A stretch of 20,000 nucleotides of DNA, taken from the IMG/VR virus record IMGVR_UViG_3300044796_000330, one strand, 5' to 3'. The notes under the pieces are model-generated. The model had not been told where the DNA came from. It was given only the letters and a program-made list of their open reading frames with translations, and did no database searches. The first letter of the stretch is position 1. Every line of letters starts with the position of its first letter. Below are positions 16,431 through 20,000 of this stretch, piece after piece. A program made the translations under genes and the position numbers. Source of the stretch: an uncultured virus (IMG/VR IMGVR_UViG_3300044796_000330). Its lineage: Duplodnaviria; Heunggongvirae; Uroviricota; Caudoviricetes.

Positions 16431-17337
16431 TGTTGATTTGGCTCTCGTAAAGGAGCTTCGTGAGAAAACATCGATATCTATGAGCCAGTGCATCAAAGCA
16501 CTTGGCGCAAACGATAACAATATCGATGAGGCTATTCTTTGGTTGAAGAAGAATGGAACTCTGAAGGGCGACGAAAAAGCCGGTAGTCTTGCTCTCGAAG
16601 GCAAGGTTATAGCTCTCATCGATCATTCTATGAATGTGGCTGCGGCAATTGAGGTTAATTGCCAAACGGATTTCAATGCCCGTAGTAGTGGCTTTGCTGA
16701 GTTTTGCAAGGCATATGCTTGGTATATCATCAATAACGACGATAGAGATCGTCGAAAAATTGATGAGGCTCGTCTCGAACTTGCCGCAACAACAGGGGAG
16801 AATATAGTTATCCGAAGAGATACAAGATTCTCTGGTGAGGGGAACGAGAAGATTTATTTCTCCTCTTACAACCACCCAGGAGACAAGCTCTGCTCAATCG
16901 TAGAATTCGGTCTATCGCGCGCCATCACCGCACACGACACTGACTTCCACACGTTTGCTGAGGATGTTGCAATGCAAGTGGCGGCCAATGCGCCGAAGTT
17001 CGTCAAGTCTGGCGATATCCGCGAAGAATTGATCAACCAACAAATTACCATCTTCCAGAGCCAACTTATGGAAGAGGGCAAGCCTACCGCAAGCTGGGAT
17101 AAAATCATTCCAGGTAAGCTTGCAAAGTGGCGCAGCGAGGTTGTGCTTTTGGATCAGCCTTGTCTTAAAGAGCCGAAGACAACGATCGACGCTAAGCGAG
17201 CCGAAGTGTCAAAAATGCTCGGTTGTGAGATCGAGATTCGTGGTTTTACTCGATATGCACTTGGCGAAACTTCCCCAAAACAAGAGAAGAAGGACTTGGC
17301 CAAGGATGTATCTGATTTGATTAAAGGAGACAACTAA
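16423..17337 (+). CDS. tsf: Translation elongation factor Ts
   Basis: LVKELREKT..SM..C.KAL, EG, EVNCQTDF, GENIVIRR, YNH, DVAMQVAA..P, GKP...KII.GKL, LLDQ and FTRYALGE. GGAGA RBS at 16410-16414. Length 304 aa. Confidence 0.96.
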   Translation: MSNVDLALVKELREKTSISMSQCIKALGANDNNIDEAILWLKKNGTLKGDEKAGSLALEGKVIALIDHSMNVAAAIEVNCQTDFNARSSGFAEFCKAYAWYIINNDDRDRRKIDEARLELAATTGENIVIRRDTRFSGEGNEKIYFSSYNHPGDKLCSIVEFGLSRAITAHDTDFHTFAEDVAMQVAANAPKFVKSGDIREELINQQITIFQSQLMEEGKPTASWDKIIPGKLAKWRSEVVLLDQPCLKEPKTTIDAKRAEVSKMLGCEIEIRGFTRYALGETSPKQEKKDLAKDVSDLIKGDN

Positions 17338-17489
17338 TGAGTGTCGCAAGCAAAAAAGCAAGATCGGAAAAGCGTAAAAACCTGTATCCGACGTTCGTTG
17401 CCTCCAACGTTGATGTATCGCTTTCGACGTGGATTCGTCAAAATGAAACGTCTATCGCCTTCTTCGGCGATGATGCCACGATACTTTGA
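17337..17489 (+). CDS. Small hypothetical protein (50 aa), not in the ORF track
   Basis: TAATG coupling to tsf and an AAGGAG RBS. Sequence MSVASKKARSEKRKNLYPTFVASNVDVSLSTWIRQNETSIAFFGDDATIL. Confidence 0.65.
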   Translation: MSVASKKARSEKRKNLYPTFVASNVDVSLSTWIRQNETSIAFFGDDATIL

Positions 17490-17502
17490 ATAGGAAAATA
17501 CT

Positions 17503-17667
17503 ATGGAACAACTTAGCGCTCATCCCTTCGGGATAGTTACGATTGTCGTGCTTGTCGTGTGGCTTATCTTTTGGCTTGCTGCCCCAATGGGCACGGTAGC
17601 CAAGTCGCTTACGTTTGTCGGAACTACATTGCAAAATATCTTTGCGTGGGTTAAATCGAAGTTTTGA
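17503..17667 (+). CDS. Small membrane protein (54 aa), not in the ORF track
   Basis: AGGA RBS. Sequence MEQLSAHPFGIVTIVVLVVWLIFWLAAPMGTVAKSLTFVGTTLQNIFAWVKSKF. Confidence 0.7.
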   Translation: MEQLSAHPFGIVTIVVLVVWLIFWLAAPMGTVAKSLTFVGTTLQNIFAWVKSKF

Positions 17668-17681
17668 TTAGGAGAATTACA

Positions 17682-17780
17682 ATGGGTATGTTTTTATGTT
17701 TGGCTGGTGGCGTTGCTCTTGGATATTTTGGGCAGGGATTTATTAACTCTGCTGTTGCAAAAGTCAAGAGTATGCTTTGA
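17682..17780 (+). CDS. Hydrophobic micropeptide (32 aa), not in the ORF track
   Basis: AGGAG RBS at 17670-17674. Sequence MGMFLCLAGGVALGYFGQGFINSAVAKVKSML. Confidence 0.7.
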   Translation: MGMFLCLAGGVALGYFGQGFINSAVAKVKSML

Positions 17781-17789
17781 TTTAAGGAT

Positions 17790-17869
17790 TTGCCGTGGTC
17801 TGCACATTCATTCTTTCCTTTACTCCCGTTTCCGTATTCAAAGAATGTGTGGGCCACGGCAATTTTTCT
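17790..17869 (+). terminator. Long RNA hairpin followed by a U-tract (atypical terminator or structured RNA)
   Basis: 17790-17809 pairs with 17843-17862 over 20 bp (17 Watson-Crick plus 3 G-U). The 33-nt loop is pyrimidine-rich, and TTTTTCT follows the stem. Confidence 0.7.
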
Positions 17870-17924
17870 AATAGCAGCTCGTAGCTAATAATACGAGACA
17901 TTTAGGATAGGCAGGAAAACAACA

Positions 17925-18113
17925 ATGTATAACATATTCGTCATCTACCGTCAGATTTTGGATGCCCGTGGTCAAGTCGAGAAGATTGAGATCGTTGAGG
18001 CCGATATCGATGAGGCAAGCGCTATTAGATACACTAAATTTCATTCGAATCAGGTTTCGCACGATCTTCGTCAGCGAATTTCATATTCGAGTCAGGCCGT
18101 TCGAGTGGTGTAA
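17925..18113 (+). CDS. Small hypothetical protein (62 aa)
   Basis: AGGA RBS. TAATG coupling to the next gene. Confidence 0.65.
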   Translation: MYNIFVIYRQILDARGQVEKIEIVEADIDEASAIRYTKFHSNQVSHDLRQRISYSSQAVRVV

Positions 18114-18469
18114 TGAATTGCACTGCCTGCGGCAACACCGCCTATTCTTATGGTGGTAGTTTTAGTTGCGTCGATGTAAAATGCAGTAGAAACTTTTTTG
18201 TTAGTCTCGACAGTAGTGCTGTCTATGCTAAAAAATACAGCTTACCATTAAGTGGTGAAAATAGACCCAAAATAATCGGTGGTTATAGGTTTGCTTCTTT
18301 GACTTATGGTTCGAAAGATATTTCAGGAAGCACCTGTATGGTTTGGAAAGATTGGGAAAGACGCCGCGATAATATCGAAATACCCTTTGTTCCTATTAAA
18401 GTGTCAGAATTTGACAAGACTGTCGAAGACCTGATAATTAGGTTTCAGAAATTGGAGATGCTTCAGTGA
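18113..18469 (+). CDS. Hypothetical protein with an N-terminal Zn-ribbon-like motif; its 3' end abuts the IS
   Basis: CTAC-x12-CVDVKC. The stop codon lies inside the IS right end. Confidence 0.7.
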   Translation: MNCTACGNTAYSYGGSFSCVDVKCSRNFFVSLDSSAVYAKKYSLPLSGENRPKIIGGYRFASLTYGSKDISGSTCMVWKDWERRRDNIEIPFVPIKVSEFDKTVEDLIIRFQKLEMLQ

Positions 18470-18470
18470 A

Positions 18471-19601
18471 CTACCTTTGCCTAAAGGCAAAGGCTTCCAC
18501 GATCGTATCTGATCGTGTGCATACTCCATCGAGTATGGTCTGTCCCAGACAAAGAACATTATTTGCTGCATTCTCGTCTCGATCATAGGTTATACCACAA
18601 CTGCATTCAATAGCGCGATCTGATAGTCTCAGATCGGTATGTATCTTACCGCAATTATTGCACATCTTACTGGTATTTTTAGGATTGACTAATACCAATT
18701 GATTTACCTTATATCCGAGAAAAGAAAGAAACTGTGCGAGTTTCGCATTGCGAATACTCTTGTTCAGGCTCGTCCAATCACCTTCCGACATTGATTTGAC
18801 CGAAAGGTCTTCCGCAAAGATCGTATCATATGTTTGAGCCAAGCGTCGAGACGCCTTATGCTGAAAATCGTTTAGTTTACGAGTTTTAGCATCATACAAC
18901 CTCTGTTTTACATTATTGAGAAATATCCAACGATTACTACCTTTCTGTAATTTGTCTCGTTTGCTTTGCACTTTTGCTATCTGTTTATCGAAGTGCTTGG
19001 CGTGAGTGCTGTTTTTAATCTTCGTCCCATCCGTTGCCACAACCAAGTGCTTTAGACCAATATCTATACCAACCTTGGTTTTTGGTATTTTGGTCTTTTC
19101 GACATAATCTGTTATGATGTTTAGAAACCACCTATTATTTTTGTTGTTAATCAACACCTGCTTGATATTACCTTTCAGATCACGATGCTGAACGAAAGAT
19201 ATGTTGCCATACACTTTGGTCTTGAAAACGCCGTGTTCGATGGTAAAACCTGATTGCGGATAGCAGATACCGAAAAAATCTCTACAACTACGAAATTTTG
19301 GAAACCCAGCAGCCTCTTTGCTTTTGACGCGACGAAAGAATGCTTGATACGAGCGATCTAATCGAATTGCAACTTGTTGCAAAACTTGGCTATGTATTTC
19401 GGATAGTATCGGATCGTCTTCTTTTAGTTTCAATAACTCACCTTGTTGAGTATTCTTGCTAATCGATTTCTTTTCAGTTTTGTATGCTTCAATTTTCTGA
19501 TTGAGAAAATAGTTATAGAGCCAGTTTAGTTTGTTGGCGTGTTGCCATAACTTTTGCTGTTGATCCTTGGTTGGATATAATCGATATTGAAAAGTTAGCA
19601 T
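18471..19601 (-). CDS. tnpB: RNA-guided endonuclease TnpB
   Basis: FQYRLYPT N-terminus, GFPKFR, RuvC-I GIDIG, RuvC-II AEDL, Zn finger CNNC..CSC and RuvC-III DRDENAA. The catalytic D-E-D triad is intact. Confidence 0.96.
   Translation of the reverse strand: MLTFQYRLYPTKDQQQKLWQHANKLNWLYNYFLNQKIEAYKTEKKSISKNTQQGELLKLKEDDPILSEIHSQVLQQVAIRLDRSYQAFFRRVKSKEAAGFPKFRSCRDFFGICYPQSGFTIEHGVFKTKVYGNISFVQHRDLKGNIKQVLINNKNNRWFLNIITDYVEKTKIPKTKVGIDIGLKHLVVATDGTKIKNSTHAKHFDKQIAKVQSKRDKLQKGSNRWIFLNNVKQRLYDAKTRKLNDFQHKASRRLAQTYDTIFAEDLSVKSMSEGDWTSLNKSIRNAKLAQFLSFLGYKVNQLVLVNPKNTSKMCNNCGKIHTDLRLSDRAIECSCGITYDRDENAANNVLCLGQTILDGVCTRSDTIVEAFAFRQR
18474..18493. repeat. IS right-end subterminal hairpin (part of the predicted omegaRNA 3' scaffold)
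   Basis: Perfect inverted repeat CCTTTGCC-taaa-GGCAAAGG, 8 nt from the predicted element end. Confidence 0.88.
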
Positions 19602-19603
19602 TG

Positions 19604-19999
19604 TTATTCTTGTAGTGTTCTTTGATTTTCTACATAGGCTTTTAGTATATCAATCGTGGTGTTTCCAGTTGTAGAAAGAAAATATGATGGAGACCAGAAA
19701 CTATCTCCCCAGAGTTTGTTCTTTAGGAAATCTTTGTGTTTTTCTCGTAATATTTTGCTTGATCTGCCTTTTAGGTAGTTGATGAACTTAATCATATCTA
19801 TTGTTGGCTTGGTGGCAAAAAGAATATGCAAGTGATCGTCTCCACACTCTTGCTCAATTATTTCGACATCAAATTCGGTAGCAATTTGACATATTATAGT
19901 TTTCAGATCGGATATGATTGTATCTTCGGTGAAAACTTTTTGACGATATTTGACTACCGATACGAAGTGATAACATAGCGAAAATACTGCGTTATTTGT
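19604..19999 (-). CDS. tnpA: IS200-type Y1 HUH transposase (5' end truncated by the window edge)
   Basis: The frame is open to the window edge: YHFVSVVKYR, DHLHIL (HUH), LKGRSS, FWSPSYF and YVENQ (catalytic Tyr). Confidence 0.95.
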   Translation of the reverse strand, partial: TNNAVFSLCYHFVSVVKYRQKVFTEDTIISDLKTIICQIATEFDVEIIEQECGDDHLHILFATKPTIDMIKFINYLKGRSSKILREKHKDFLKNKLWGDSFWSPSYFLSTTGNTTIDILKAYVENQRTLQE

Positions 20000-20000
20000 G

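Larger units (their letters stand above)
1..20000. other. Segment of a large bacteriophage genome (inferred)
   Basis: Dense, mostly co-oriented genes with ATGA/TAATG overlaps and many small hypotheticals. tsf lacks its rpsB/pyrH neighbours and iscA lacks an isc/suf operon. A fibre-like gene, an intein, a MoxR-VWA pair and a phage-type phosphoesterase are present. No capsid or terminase hallmark gene lies in the window. Confidence 0.8.
18466..20000 (-). mobile_element. IS200/IS605-family element (tnpA-tnpB in tandem), left end outside the window
   Basis: Y1 transposase followed by TnpB. On the minus strand the right end reads GAAG-CCTTTGCC-TTTA-GGCAAAGG-TAGTTCAC, a subterminal hairpin plus a TCAC cleavage tetramer ending at 18466. 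Confidence 0.92.

Noticed and set aside
16017..16875. Long minus-strand ORFs (200 aa and 174 aa)
   Set aside because: They are antisense shadows of the 15972 gene and tsf, with no recognisable motifs.
17452..17857. Minus-strand 60-aa and 68-aa ORFs from the track
   Set aside because: The + strand micro-ORFs have clear RBSs and match the operon direction, so they explain the region better.
1..20000. Genome-wide stop-codon reassignment (TAG read as Gln)
   Set aside because: Long conserved genes are uninterrupted in the standard code, and TAG ends genes at natural positions (913, 4191, 5267, 10414).
1..20000. CRISPR array, tRNA or rRNA genes
   Set aside because: No regularly spaced repeats or cloverleaf/T-loop signatures were seen by eye, and the intergenic gaps are short. 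TnpB sits beside tnpA with an IS end, so it is not a Cas12 locus.

Overview
This window looks like part of a large (probably jumbo) bacteriophage genome. Genes are densely packed, mostly on the + strand and often translationally coupled, many are hypothetical, and host-like genes (tsf, iscA-like) appear without their usual chromosomal neighbours. Recognisable content in order: an S51 peptidase E-like gene, an R2K/DUF4343-type ATP-grasp with degenerate catalytic residues, an A-type Fe-S carrier, two paralogous hypothetical genes (one frameshifted) flanking an S24/S26-like peptidase, and a minus-strand Gly-rich fibre-like structural gene. These are followed by a beta-class DNA methyltransferase overlapping a probable Type II endonuclease, a MoxR-type AAA+ ATPase split in Walker A by a Met-initiated class 3 intein with a LAGLIDADG endonuclease, its HExxH-VWA (DUF2201-like) partner, and a metallophosphoesterase. 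A sigma70-type promoter then precedes an operon with EF-Ts and three micro-ORFs that ends in a long RNA hairpin. An IS200/IS605 element (tnpA-tnpB) runs off the right edge. All family assignments come from motif recognition by eye, not database searches.
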